Position numbers and translations under genes: made by a program. Shown here piece after piece: positions 18,601 to 27,763 of a stretch of DNA of 64,000 bases. Under the pieces are notes generated by a model. It did not search any database. It worked only from the letters and a program-made list of their open reading frames with translations, and had not been told where the DNA came from. Numbering within the stretch: the first letter of the stretch is position 1; every line of letters starts with the position of its first letter. The stretch comes from Bacteroidia bacterium (lineage in GTDB: Bacteria > Bacteroidota > Bacteroidia > Palsa-965): NCBI GenBank assembly GCA_038237845.1, contig JBBRYH010000002.1, positions 51,384-115,383 of the forward strand. Reading direction: 5' to 3'.

Positions 18601-20055
18601 ACCATCATAAATAACCGAAGCATCCGAGGTGAATACAAAACGGAATTGAACAGGACCTACTTCATTATTTAAAGTATCTAAACGGTAAGTAGATTTAATC
18701 CATCCCGCACTGTTTCCTGCCCAACCCGGAAGTCCACTTGAAGACAAGGTTGCAAAATTATACCAGTTGGTAGCTCGTGTATCATTCATGGTTCCAAGAA
18801 CACTCCATGTATTTCCATCACGCGTATACTCAACACGAACACCATCCCAGTAGGATTCGCAATTATAATTATGCCAGAAACTTAATTTTGCATTTACGGC
18901 ACTTGTAAAATCAAAAACAGGTGTAATTAAAAAACAATTTGCGTTGTTATCATATGCAGTGGTAAGATTAATATCCCATGCATCCGGTGCAGAATGTGAA
19001 CCGGTTGTTGCACCAAAAGCAGGCGCACCTAATTGCCAAAGTGAAGTAGTTGAAACGTTATTAACTGTAAACGTAGATGAGCCATCAAAATTTTCAAAAA
19101 ACGGGAAGGTGATTCCTGCATGCACAACGAATTGTGTGCAACCCGAAACTGGAAGAAGTGCCGTATTGGCTGCAGGTGATGCATCAAAAGCCTGAACATG
19201 ATAACAAATTGTATCTGAATCTGCAGCAGCAGGAATTAAACCCATCCAATGATTTCCAGAAACATTTGTCATGGCAACATTTTGTTGCGGACCATTATTA
19301 AGCGTATAAAATAATGTAGCTGATGCAATTCCACTTGCATCCGTAATGCTATCATTAATAGTAAAGGGACCTAAATTGTATACGTTTCCACTATAAAGTG
19401 CTGGAAGTTGAAAAATAAGCGGGGGCGTAAGTTCACTTGGAGATGCTGTGACCTTTAATGCATCTAAAAGCCATCCATAATTACCAACGTTTCCATTAGC
19501 ATTTCCATCGTACAATTTAAAACGGATTTTAACTTGCGCTGCGTTTCCTGCAAGTGCAGAAATATCAAAAGTTTCATGCTTCCACCAGGTTGCATTCGGG
19601 ACAGCAGCGTTATTACCGGGTGCCCAAATTGCATATGCTGAAGATGCAAATCGATTTCCCAATGCCTGAAAAGGTGCCGTTCCTAAATAGGAAGTATAGG
19701 TAACCAAATTCCATGTTACTCCGTTATCGTTCGAAACCTGAATTCTTGCGAAATCATTAAATTCAATTTTACAGATCTGATCAAATTCTAGAACAATACT
19801 TGAATTTCCAGTTGTATTGAACGCAGTTGTTGTCAACCATGAAGTATCAGCAGAAGCAACCTGATTCTTATAACTTGCAAGTCCTTGTGCATGCAAAGTC
19901 AAATCAGGAGTCCAAGTTGGATTTCCACTAGAAATAACAGAATCGGCTAGCTCAAAATTTTCATGGTAAACAATAGTTACCTGAGAAAACATTGATATTG
20001 AGGCCAAAAAAAGGGCGCAGAAAAGGGTAATTTTTTTCATGATTAATTTTTTCAT
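15616..20055 (-). CDS. large T9SS-secreted protein with repeated jelly-roll (MAM/cleaved-adhesin-like) and Ig/CARDB-like domains
   Basis: Signal peptide ending MFS-Q; repeated DG.R(V/I)EY...G.TW..LG, F.F.SD and GW.IDD modules; CTD AYPNP...GVYFY......KKMVV. Confidence 0.88.
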   Translation of the reverse strand: MKKLIMKKITLFCALFLASISMFSQVTIVYHENFELADSVISSGNPTWTPDLTLHAQGLASYKNQVASADTSWLTTTAFNTTGNSSIVLEFDQICKIEFNDFARIQVSNDNGVTWNLVTYTSYLGTAPFQALGNRFASSAYAIWAPGNNAAVPNATWWKHETFDISALAGNAAQVKIRFKLYDGNANGNVGNYGWLLDALKVTASPSELTPPLIFQLPALYSGNVYNLGPFTINDSITDASGIASATLFYTLNNGPQQNVAMTNVSGNHWMGLIPAAADSDTICYHVQAFDASPAANTALLPVSGCTQFVVHAGITFPFFENFDGSSTFTVNNVSTTSLWQLGAPAFGATTGSHSAPDAWDINLTTAYDNNANCFLITPVFDFTSAVNAKLSFWHNYNCESYWDGVRVEYTRDGNTWSVLGTMNDTRATNWYNFATLSSSGLPGWAGNSAGWIKSTYRLDTLNNEVGPVQFRFVFTSDASVIYDGYSIDDFLIALPSPQDAQMETIVAPDISSCLPQGNIPLTVSFENVGLNNIVGPMNIGYILDNGAPVIEQWNGTLTPLQFSNYTFTTLLNNTAGVHSLKVFTALTGDGFIPDDTVIVSYSTAAGVTVPYVNDFESGPSSLTDFCLLNTGQGRVQLSSAAGNASSEGLAFDATSSLDWDFGSDTIIASPFYIWDQARCDQQLAQGRLIVNTTGYTSLVLEFDTKLLFQYSNEYTNFRVKVNGTMITPHLQPNLANSTYDTYRYMLTSFLPSPYLIIDFESKVTYDIPNTGTGIFLDNIHIYHPDSVDAGITQIVLPQAQSLANTATTVIVKIRNFGIDTLTSIPVAYRVGLNPAVNGTWSGTLYPNATTTYTFTPTYISPTGAYSLCTWTGLALDTNNFNDTLCKSLFGMPVFTVPWSDNFEGPQNFVAVTNTTPSWQLGNPAAPLITGTHSGTNAWEVNLNGPYANNANEYLYSPFFDFSAISNVELRFWQWYSCDNFYDGGRIEYSNDFGATWIVLGVQFDPLATSWYNQSYLQSSTLPGWSGNGGGYFQSKYNLAMFNNYPTPIQFRYIFNSDGNVFTAVDGWAIDDFELFVPIDAATNTITFGNVSPLPLPGTDNVKINFKNTGTIAINAANVTLKIDNTIIVTDPLTFGPALAPGATQNHTFSLPWNTASPGLHTIKIWSSAPNGLVDTNHSNDTTTWVVSVMDTFATYPYCNNFEIGNGIPPLTTMNALRFTNSNSDFVQGTPAKNIINAAHGGTQCWMTGLQQNYLRNDSTAFFLPVFTVDTINCYHLEFWNRYMTEANKDGGVVEYSFNLGNTWTQLGLPLEPNWYISATATGLGNGWQPNFGGTSNGWIQQQHDIRFSQAGQVIFRFRFGTDNSIETEGWAIDDICFQRNPPCVLSVPELATADGLNMVAYPNPAGTSSMLQYNLPSNGNVIITLHDMLGRTINSLEEVQQMGLNVWTVDVSTLPEGVYFYELTFGDHKIVKKMVVSH

Positions 20056-20242
20056 AAAGTTTTCAAATATAGCACATTATGAGAAGGTAAACAAGTCAAA
20101 AAAAGATGTATTTTAAATATGAAATGAACAATGTTTTAAAAACTTGCTGATATTAATTAGTGGCTAAAAGTTGTAAAATAAAGTGTTACCGTGTTCACTC
20201 TTTTCATTTGCTACCTTTGCCTCAAATTATCACTATTCAATT

Positions 20243-21517
20243 ATGAGCAAGGCAAACGATCCAAAATTAAAATCATGGGTAAACGTACCCGTCAATTCAG
20301 ATTTTCCAATTCAAAATTTACCTTTTGGTATTTTTTGTAGTTCACAAAGAAGTGCTAGAGTCGGTGTTGCTATTGGTGATCAGATTTTAGATCTTAATGC
20401 TGTAGCTGAATTCGGATATTTTGATGCAATTCGCTTTGATAAAAAAGTTTTTTCTCAATCAACGCTGAATCCATTTATTGCTTTGGGAAAATCGATTACG
20501 TCTAGTGTTCGCGAAAGAATTTCCGAATTATTGGATGAGAAAAACAAGGCTTTACAAAGTCAAACTTCAGCAAGGGATACTTGTTTAATACCAATGAAAG
20601 ATGCTGAATTATTAATGCCCATACATATCGGAGATTATACCGATTTTTATTCTAGCATAGATCATGCAACCAACATGGGATTGATGTTACGCGACCCCGA
20701 AAATGCATTACTGCCAAATTGGAAACATATACCAGTAGGATATCATGGAAGATCATCCTCAATTATTGTAAACGGAGGATCTTTTTATCGACCAAAAGGA
20801 CAAACAAAAGCGCCAGATGCTAACATCCCTTCATTTGGACCTACTAAGGCATTAGATTTTGAATTAGAAACCGGATTTATTATTGGAAAATCTACCAAAA
20901 TGGGCGATTCAATTTCGACCGAAAATGCTGATGAATTTATTTTCGGAATGGTTTTATTTAATGACTGGAGCGCGCGTGATATTCAAGGATGGGAATATAT
21001 TCCACTCGGGCCATTTCTAGCAAAAAACTTTTGTTCCGTTGTTTCACCTTGGGTAGTTACCTTGGAAGCATTAGAACCTTTTCGTGAAGCTGGATACAAA
21101 CAAGTACCTGAAGTTCTTCCATATTTAAAATATTCAGGAGAAAAAAATCTTGCCATTCATTTGGAAGTGTCAATTGGTAATTCCAAAAATGAAGAAACTG
21201 TCGTTTCAAAGTCTGATTATAAATATATGTATTGGACAATGGAACAACAATTAGCGCATCATACAGTAAATGGTTGTAATATTAATGTAGGTGATTTGAT
21301 GGCATCAGGGACTATAAGTGGACCTGATCAAGGTTCGTATGGATCGATGATGGAAATTACTTGGCGCGGAACAAAACCATTAAAACTTATTGATGGAACA
21401 GAAAGAAAATACATCAACGACGGAGACAAAGTAATTATTCGAGGATGGTCTGAAAAGAATGGCGTTCGCATCGGGTTCGGCGAATGTTCATCAACAGTTT
21501 TACCTGCGAAAGATTAG
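20243..21517 (+). CDS. fahA: fumarylacetoacetase
   Basis: DFPIQNLPFG, GDYTDFYSS..HA.N.G, PVGYHGRSSS, LDFELE, NDWSARDIQ.WEY.PLGPF. ATG 20243 lies downstream of the TACCTTTG promoter at 20212-20219. Confidence 0.97.
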   Translation: MSKANDPKLKSWVNVPVNSDFPIQNLPFGIFCSSQRSARVGVAIGDQILDLNAVAEFGYFDAIRFDKKVFSQSTLNPFIALGKSITSSVRERISELLDEKNKALQSQTSARDTCLIPMKDAELLMPIHIGDYTDFYSSIDHATNMGLMLRDPENALLPNWKHIPVGYHGRSSSIIVNGGSFYRPKGQTKAPDANIPSFGPTKALDFELETGFIIGKSTKMGDSISTENADEFIFGMVLFNDWSARDIQGWEYIPLGPFLAKNFCSVVSPWVVTLEALEPFREAGYKQVPEVLPYLKYSGEKNLAIHLEVSIGNSKNEETVVSKSDYKYMYWTMEQQLAHHTVNGCNINVGDLMASGTISGPDQGSYGSMMEITWRGTKPLKLIDGTERKYINDGDKVIIRGWSEKNGVRIGFGECSSTVLPAKD

Positions 21518-21522
21518 TACTA

Positions 21523-22341
21523 ATGAAAAATATTTTTGTTTTTTGTTTTTGGTTTCTGATGCTTTTATTTGGAAATTCTTGTCATTCTGATAACTCAATA
21601 ATCAGCAAAAATGACTCCCTTAGTAAAATCGACTCCTCCATTATTTCCATTGAAACAGATTCCGGAAGATTAGAAATTATTCACAGAAAAAAAACAAACG
21701 AAGCTGACTTTTTTCTATTTTCAAAAAACGGAAAAATTCTTCAACAAGGGAATTACTTAGAAAATGAAGTTTCTGGTCCCTGGATAAAATTTGATGAAAA
21801 TGGAAATGCAATTAGCGCATATCACTTTTCAAAAGGCAAGGCAATTCATAAACTGGATTCTTCCGATTTTAATTTTGTGGTTTATTCGTCAAAGAATTTG
21901 GGAGCGAGTTTCTCCTATCCTAAAAATTGGAAGGAAGAATTCTCCAATGAGACCTCTGGCATTATTGCCTTTTCAAAAACGTTAAAGGATAAATCACCAA
22001 CCACGTTAGCCCATTTTAGTATTCGACACGAACAGCTTCAAAAAGGTGACAATCTTGAAAAATTAGGTCAAATGCAAATACAAAACTTGCATGAAAATGC
22101 TGATCGAGTTGAACTCGTAAATGAAATTTTTTACGAACAGGATTCGTGTCAAGTCCTCAGAAGATTCGGAATGTATTCTGATGATTCGGGTACCATAGGT
22201 TTCCTATATGCAATTCTTCTTAACCGAGATAATGTCTGGTTTCTAACTTGTGAATCCCCAAATAATGTTGCAGGTCAATTCTTAAATTACCAAGGTGTTT
22301 TTCAGGAAGTTTTAGAAAGTTTCAAATCATTGAAGAAATAG
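21523..22341 (+). CDS. probable lipoprotein with MORN-like and PsbP/DcrB-like regions
   Basis: Signal peptide with Cys (GNSC), G.Y......GPW..FDENG repeat, FSYPKNW, C-terminal FQEVLESFK. Confidence 0.6.
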   Translation: MKNIFVFCFWFLMLLFGNSCHSDNSIISKNDSLSKIDSSIISIETDSGRLEIIHRKKTNEADFFLFSKNGKILQQGNYLENEVSGPWIKFDENGNAISAYHFSKGKAIHKLDSSDFNFVVYSSKNLGASFSYPKNWKEEFSNETSGIIAFSKTLKDKSPTTLAHFSIRHEQLQKGDNLEKLGQMQIQNLHENADRVELVNEIFYEQDSCQVLRRFGMYSDDSGTIGFLYAILLNRDNVWFLTCESPNNVAGQFLNYQGVFQEVLESFKSLKK

Positions 22342-22411
22342 TTCTTCTGTATTTACACGTCTACTTGACTCATTTAAACTTGTTTTAGTATATTTAGGTC
22401 TGACCTCGAAT

Positions 22412-23158
22412 ATGAAATTTCGCAATTTACTTTTAATCCTATTCTTACTTTTTTCAAGTATTCTGGTTTCGCAGAATGTGGCTCATATTGTAAAATTTCA
22501 TTATGCTAAATTTACGGGTAAAGACATTTACATGTTGGGATATGATTTAGGCATTCGAAAAATGTGTTTTAATGTTAGCGGAGGAATTGGAAAAGGTTTT
22601 GACAATCAGTCTATCAATGCAAATCAGGTGGACGATAATATTGCCGTTCAAAAAGTAAAAGCTAGCCAAACAATATTTCCTGCGATAGAACCACCGAATA
22701 CGTATTTAGAAAGTTGCAATTCCACCTATAAAGTAAAACAGGCTCGTCTTGGTTTTACCGTCTATTTAAGAAGAAATGACACTTTAGGTAGAGCACCACA
22801 AACAGGATTGCATTTTGGAGTGGAGGCTATTTATTCTCAGATTGTCGAATCTCAAACCATTACTTATAAATCTGAGATTGATGAAATGCGGTATTCCTAT
22901 TCCGGAATAAATCATTTTAATACTTTTGGAGCAGGAACGCATGTGGGTTGGCAGTTTGCCTTAATTAAACAACATCTTTATCTTGACTTTCGTGCTGTAA
23001 TACCATTTTATTTCCCTTTTATGGATGAGCCTAATTTAAATAGTCCATTTGCTGGTAATAAATATGAATTGCAAACGAGTATCGGTTGGCACTTTTACAA
23101 AAGTCCAAAAGAAGATCAACCAAAAGGCGACGGAAATAAAGTCAGAAATAAAATCTGA
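22412..23158 (+). CDS. exported hypothetical protein, probable outer-membrane beta-barrel
   Basis: Signal peptide ending VS-Q, alternating amphipathic strands, late SIGWHF strand. Confidence 0.55.
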   Translation: MKFRNLLLILFLLFSSILVSQNVAHIVKFHYAKFTGKDIYMLGYDLGIRKMCFNVSGGIGKGFDNQSINANQVDDNIAVQKVKASQTIFPAIEPPNTYLESCNSTYKVKQARLGFTVYLRRNDTLGRAPQTGLHFGVEAIYSQIVESQTITYKSEIDEMRYSYSGINHFNTFGAGTHVGWQFALIKQHLYLDFRAVIPFYFPFMDEPNLNSPFAGNKYELQTSIGWHFYKSPKEDQPKGDGNKVRNKI

Positions 23159-23262
23159 TTATACATTTTAAGAAATGTAGTTTTTCCCAAGTACTCCTAC
23201 ATCGCATAGCTGAAATTTTGCGTAACTTCATCCTTGATTAATCCGAATATATCCGGACAAAC

Positions 23263-25494
23263 ATGGCTGAAAAAGATGCTGCCCCGATAATAGATCTTGA
23301 ACTCGAGCGTAAAGAAATATTAAGTCGATACCGAGAGTTGCTGAAAGCCTGCAAGCGAAAACTTGAAAAAGGTGATAAAGAAATCATACGTAAAGCTTTT
23401 GACGTTGCTCTTGAAGCGCATAAGGATATGCGTCGTAAATCCGGCGAGCCCTACATTTACCATCCTATTGCTGTAGCGCAAATTTGTGCAGAAGAAATTG
23501 GACTAGGAACAACTTCTGTTGTCTGTGCATTATTACATGACACTGTAGAAGACACTGAAATTACACTCGATGACATTAAGGGAATGTTCGGAGAGACCGT
23601 TTCAAAAATTATTGACGGACTCACAAAAATTTCAGGAGTTTTTGATACACAAACAAATTCTTTGCAGGCGGAAAATTTCCGTAAAATGTTGTTGACCCTT
23701 TCCGATGACATTCGTGTTATTCTTATAAAGTTGGCCGATCGTTTGCACAATATGCGAACGTTGGAATCCATGAAGCGTGACAAGCAATTGAAAATTGCCT
23801 CTGAAACACTTTATCTCTACGGTCCGCTTGCACATCGACTTGGATTAAATAAAATCAAAACGGAGTTAGAAGATTTAGGTTTGAAATTTACGGAAACTGA
23901 AATCTATGATGACATTTCACAAAAACTAAAAGAGACAGAACCAGAAAGAAAAAAATTCATCCAGAAATTCATTCAACCAATTAATGAAATTCTCGCGGAA
24001 CAAGGTTTTAAGGTGAGAGTAATCGGAAGACCGAAAAGTATTTTTTCAATCTATAATAAGATAAAATTCAAAGGTGTTCCATTCGAAGAAATATTTGACA
24101 TTTTCGCAATTCGAATTATCCTAAATACTCCAATAGAAATCGAAAAGGCTGATTGTTGGAGAGTTTATTCCATAGTAACTGATTTTTATCATCCAAGTCC
24201 TGATCGCCTTCGAGATTGGATTTCTACTCCGAAAGCAAATGGATATGAATCCTTGCATACTACAGTGATGGGCCCTGAAGGAAAATGGGTTGAAGTTCAA
24301 ATTCGTACTGAACGAATGGATGAATTGGCTGAGAAAGGTTATGCAGCACATTGGAAATATAAAGATTCAGTGAGCGGCACAGAAAGTAAGGAAAATCAGT
24401 TGGAAGAGTGGCTGCGGAAAATCAGAGAGATGTTGGAGAATCCAGAGGATAATGCATTGGATTTTATTGATGATTTTAAATTAAATCTCTTTGCTGAAGA
24501 AATATTTGTTTTTACTCCTTCAGGAGAAATGCGCACACTTCCTTTTGGTGCAACTGCATTGGATTTTGCATTTGAGATTCATACTAAGGTTGGTGAAAAA
24601 TGCATTGGCGCAAAGGTGAATCATAAATTAGTTCCTCTCAGTCACCAGGTGAAAAGCGGTGATCAAGTTGAAATTTTAACTTCTGTAAAACAAACTCCAA
24701 AAGAAGATTGGTTGGGATATGTTATTACAGCACGTGCAAAATCTAAAATTAAAAATGCTTTAAAAGAGGAAAAACGAAAAGTTGCAGAAGAAGGAAGAGA
24801 AATATTAGAGCGGAAATTTGATCACCAGAAAATCGATTTTACAGTTAAAAACATAAATGATTTTCAAACATTTTTACGTTTACCCAATCCTCAGGAATTG
24901 TTTTATCGAGTTGCAGTTGGTGTCATCGCCTTAAAGCACATTAAAACCTGGATTAAGGAAAAAGATAAACCAAAACTTTTAAAAGCAGAGCCTACACTTG
25001 AACAAGTGATCAAGGAAACGCGCGGTAAAAAAGCCGGAGATGATGCACTTGTTATTGGCGATAATCTGACAAAAATAGAATACAAACTTTCTCCTTGTTG
25101 CAATCCTATCCCAGGAGATGACGTATTTGGATTTATTACCATTGGGGAAGGAATCAAAATACATCGGGTAAACTGCCCGAATGCCTTATCAATGATGTCA
25201 AATTATGCCTATCGAATTGTAAAAGCAAGATGGACAGGTCAAGAGCAAATTTCATTTTTAGCAGGTATAAAAATTACTGGAATTGACGAAGTTGGATTGG
25301 TCAATAATGTCACCAAGATTATTTCAAATGAATTGAGTGTGAATATGCGTTCACTGAACTTTGATACGCATGATGGAATTTTTGATGGTATGATTATGCT
25401 TTTTGTTCATGACGCACAACACCTAACGGAGCTGATGAAAAAATTGAAAAAAGTAAATGGCGTATTGACAGTTTCAAGGATAAATCCGGATTAG
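23263..25494 (+). CDS. rel: bifunctional (p)ppGpp synthetase/hydrolase (RelA/SpoT homolog)
   Basis: RKSGEPYI.HP, LLHDTVED (HD intact), KLADRLHNMRT, GYESLHTTV, EVQIRT, TGS and ACT domains. Confidence 0.97.
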   Translation: MAEKDAAPIIDLELERKEILSRYRELLKACKRKLEKGDKEIIRKAFDVALEAHKDMRRKSGEPYIYHPIAVAQICAEEIGLGTTSVVCALLHDTVEDTEITLDDIKGMFGETVSKIIDGLTKISGVFDTQTNSLQAENFRKMLLTLSDDIRVILIKLADRLHNMRTLESMKRDKQLKIASETLYLYGPLAHRLGLNKIKTELEDLGLKFTETEIYDDISQKLKETEPERKKFIQKFIQPINEILAEQGFKVRVIGRPKSIFSIYNKIKFKGVPFEEIFDIFAIRIILNTPIEIEKADCWRVYSIVTDFYHPSPDRLRDWISTPKANGYESLHTTVMGPEGKWVEVQIRTERMDELAEKGYAAHWKYKDSVSGTESKENQLEEWLRKIREMLENPEDNALDFIDDFKLNLFAEEIFVFTPSGEMRTLPFGATALDFAFEIHTKVGEKCIGAKVNHKLVPLSHQVKSGDQVEILTSVKQTPKEDWLGYVITARAKSKIKNALKEEKRKVAEEGREILERKFDHQKIDFTVKNINDFQTFLRLPNPQELFYRVAVGVIALKHIKTWIKEKDKPKLLKAEPTLEQVIKETRGKKAGDDALVIGDNLTKIEYKLSPCCNPIPGDDVFGFITIGEGIKIHRVNCPNALSMMSNYAYRIVKARWTGQEQISFLAGIKITGIDEVGLVNNVTKIISNELSVNMRSLNFDTHDGIFDGMIMLFVHDAQHLTELMKKLKKVNGVLTVSRINPD

Positions 25495-25619
25495 AATGCC
25501 CCAATTACGAGGGTATGAAATTGTTATTAACCCGTTGATTATTTCCCTCATTCCAAGGTTCTTTTTTGCTTTCCTCCTATCCTTTTTGAGTACTTTTAGC
25601 CTTCGCTTTTAAGATAGCT

Positions 25620-26111
25620 ATGCCACAACAGGAAATACGAGAAACCGTTAAAAATATTTTCGCCGAACATCTCGGAAAACTCGGGCATCGCAAAACTCCT
25701 GAACGTTTCGCTATACTTGATGAAATTTACACGCAAGACGGGCATTTCGACATTGAGTCACTTTATGTTTTTATGAAAAACAAAAAGTATCGTGTAAGTC
25801 GAGCAACCCTTTACAATACAATTGAATTATTATTGGAATGTGGTTTAGTAACCCGTCACCAATTCGGAAGAAATCAAGCTCAATTTGAAAAGGCATACGC
25901 TTACAAACAACACGATCATTTGATCTGTCAAGATTGCAATAAGGTTTTTGAATTTTGTGATCCCAGAATTCAACAAATCAAAAAAACCACTGAAGAATTT
26001 CTTGCTTTCGAAATTACAACTCACTCCCTGAATTTCTTCGGACGTTGCAAAAGCCTTGCTTCAAAAGGTTCCTGCGAGAATTTAAAAACATCACCTAAAA
26101 GATTGTCATGA
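25620..26111 (+). CDS. fur: Fur family transcriptional regulator
   Basis: [30 protein letters not shown]. Confidence 0.92.
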   Translation: MPQQEIRETVKNIFAEHLGKLGHRKTPERFAILDEIYTQDGHFDIESLYVFMKNKKYRVSRATLYNTIELLLECGLVTRHQFGRNQAQFEKAYAYKQHDHLICQDCNKVFEFCDPRIQQIKKTTEEFLAFEITTHSLNFFGRCKSLASKGSCENLKTSPKRLS

Positions 26112-26455
26112 GTTTTACTTACAACTTAGTCCAGAAACAACCGATTGCAATTTTTAATCTTTACGGTGAACTTATTGATCGTAATGAAGGTCAGAAAATT
26201 ATTGATGACGTTCAAAAATTTTCTGAAGAGGGTCAACATAATTTTATTCTTGAATTGTCCGAATTAAAATACATGAATAGTACAGGTTTGAATGTTTTAA
26301 TAAATGTTCTAACTAAATCCAGAAAAAACGGTGGTGAACTTGTTATTTGTGGTGTATCCAAAAAAGTTCAGGAATTGTTGCTGATAACAAAACTAAACTC
26401 GGTTTTTACAGTTACCGAAACAACTGAAGAAGCAATTGCAAAATTTAATGTTTAA
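26108..26455 (+). CDS. STAS domain anti-sigma factor antagonist
   Basis: LKYMNSTGL phospho-Ser motif, GGELVI, LLLITKL. Confidence 0.92.
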   Translation: MSFTYNLVQKQPIAIFNLYGELIDRNEGQKIIDDVQKFSEEGQHNFILELSELKYMNSTGLNVLINVLTKSRKNGGELVICGVSKKVQELLLITKLNSVFTVTETTEEAIAKFNV

Positions 26456-26464
26456 TAAAAAAAT

Positions 26465-27760
26465 ATGAAGGCAGAAGTTCTCCTAGGCCTCCAATGGGGC
26501 GATGAAGGAAAAGGTAAAATTGTAGATGTTCTTACTCCCAAGTATGATATTATTGCGCGTTTTCAAGGTGGGCCTAATGCCGGTCACACACTTGAATTCA
26601 ACGGCATTAAGCATGTACTACATACCATCCCATCCGGGATATTTCACGAAACAACAATGAACGTGATTGGAAACGGAGTGGTAATAGATCCAACCGTTCT
26701 AAAAAGAGAAATTGATAAGCTTAAAGAAATGGGAGTTGACGTTAAAAAACGTCTTGTTGTTTCGCGTAGAGCTCATCTTATTCTACCAACACATTGTTTG
26801 TTAGACAAAGCTTCTGAAGCTGCAAAAGGAAAAGAAAAAATCGGTTCAACGTTAAAAGGAATCGGACCTACATACATGGATAAAACCGGACGAAATGGTT
26901 TGCGAGTCGGTGATATTGACGCTTCTGATTTTAAAGAAAAATATAATACGCTGGTTGCAAAACATCGTGAACTTTTGAAATTTCATAATGCTGATGAAGA
27001 TCCAGCACCCTATGAAAAAGCGTGGTTCGAAGGGATTGAAACCTTACGCGAATTAACAAGAATTGATAGCGAACATTATGTCAATGAGGCTTTGGCTGCA
27101 GGAAAAAAAGTACTTGCCGAAGGTGCACAAGGATCATTATTGGATATTGATTTCGGAACTTATCCTTTTGTGACTTCTTCTAATACAATGTGTGCGGGTG
27201 CTTGCACAGGCTTAGGAATTGCGCCCGGAAGAATTGGTGGTGTAATTGGAATTTTCAAAGCCTATTGCACTCGTGTTGGAAGTGGACCATTCCCAACAGA
27301 ATTATTAGATACAGTTGAAGAAAATGGACCAGGAACACAAATGCGTAAAGTAGGAAATGAATTTGGCTCTACTACTGGCAGACCGCGTCGTTGTGGTTGG
27401 TTGGATATCCCAGCTTTGAAATATGCAATCATGATTAATGGCGTAACAGAATTAATTATGATGAAAGCTGATGTATTGAGTATTTTCGATACCATTCGTG
27501 TTTGTACTGCCTATAGAATTGATGGAAAAGTAATGGACAAACTTCCATACGATATCGTAAACAAAGTAATTGAGCCCGTCTATATCGATCTTAAAGGATG
27601 GAAAGCAGATCTTACTCAAACTACTTCAGCTGCAGAAATGCCAATGGAATTAAACGATTATATCGCCTTTATTGAAAGAGAAACTGGCGTCCCAATCAGT
27701 ATTGTTTCGGTTGGTCCTGACAGAAAACAAACTTTGTTAAGAAATGAAGTGTGGGCATGA
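26465..27760 (+). CDS. purA: adenylosuccinate synthetase
   Basis: QWGDEGKGK, GGPNAGHT, EGAQG, GTYPFVTSS, TTGRPRRCGW. Confidence 0.99.
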   Translation: MKAEVLLGLQWGDEGKGKIVDVLTPKYDIIARFQGGPNAGHTLEFNGIKHVLHTIPSGIFHETTMNVIGNGVVIDPTVLKREIDKLKEMGVDVKKRLVVSRRAHLILPTHCLLDKASEAAKGKEKIGSTLKGIGPTYMDKTGRNGLRVGDIDASDFKEKYNTLVAKHRELLKFHNADEDPAPYEKAWFEGIETLRELTRIDSEHYVNEALAAGKKVLAEGAQGSLLDIDFGTYPFVTSSNTMCAGACTGLGIAPGRIGGVIGIFKAYCTRVGSGPFPTELLDTVEENGPGTQMRKVGNEFGSTTGRPRRCGWLDIPALKYAIMINGVTELIMMKADVLSIFDTIRVCTAYRIDGKVMDKLPYDIVNKVIEPVYIDLKGWKADLTQTTSAAEMPMELNDYIAFIERETGVPISIVSVGPDRKQTLLRNEVWA

Positions 27761-27763
27761 TAA

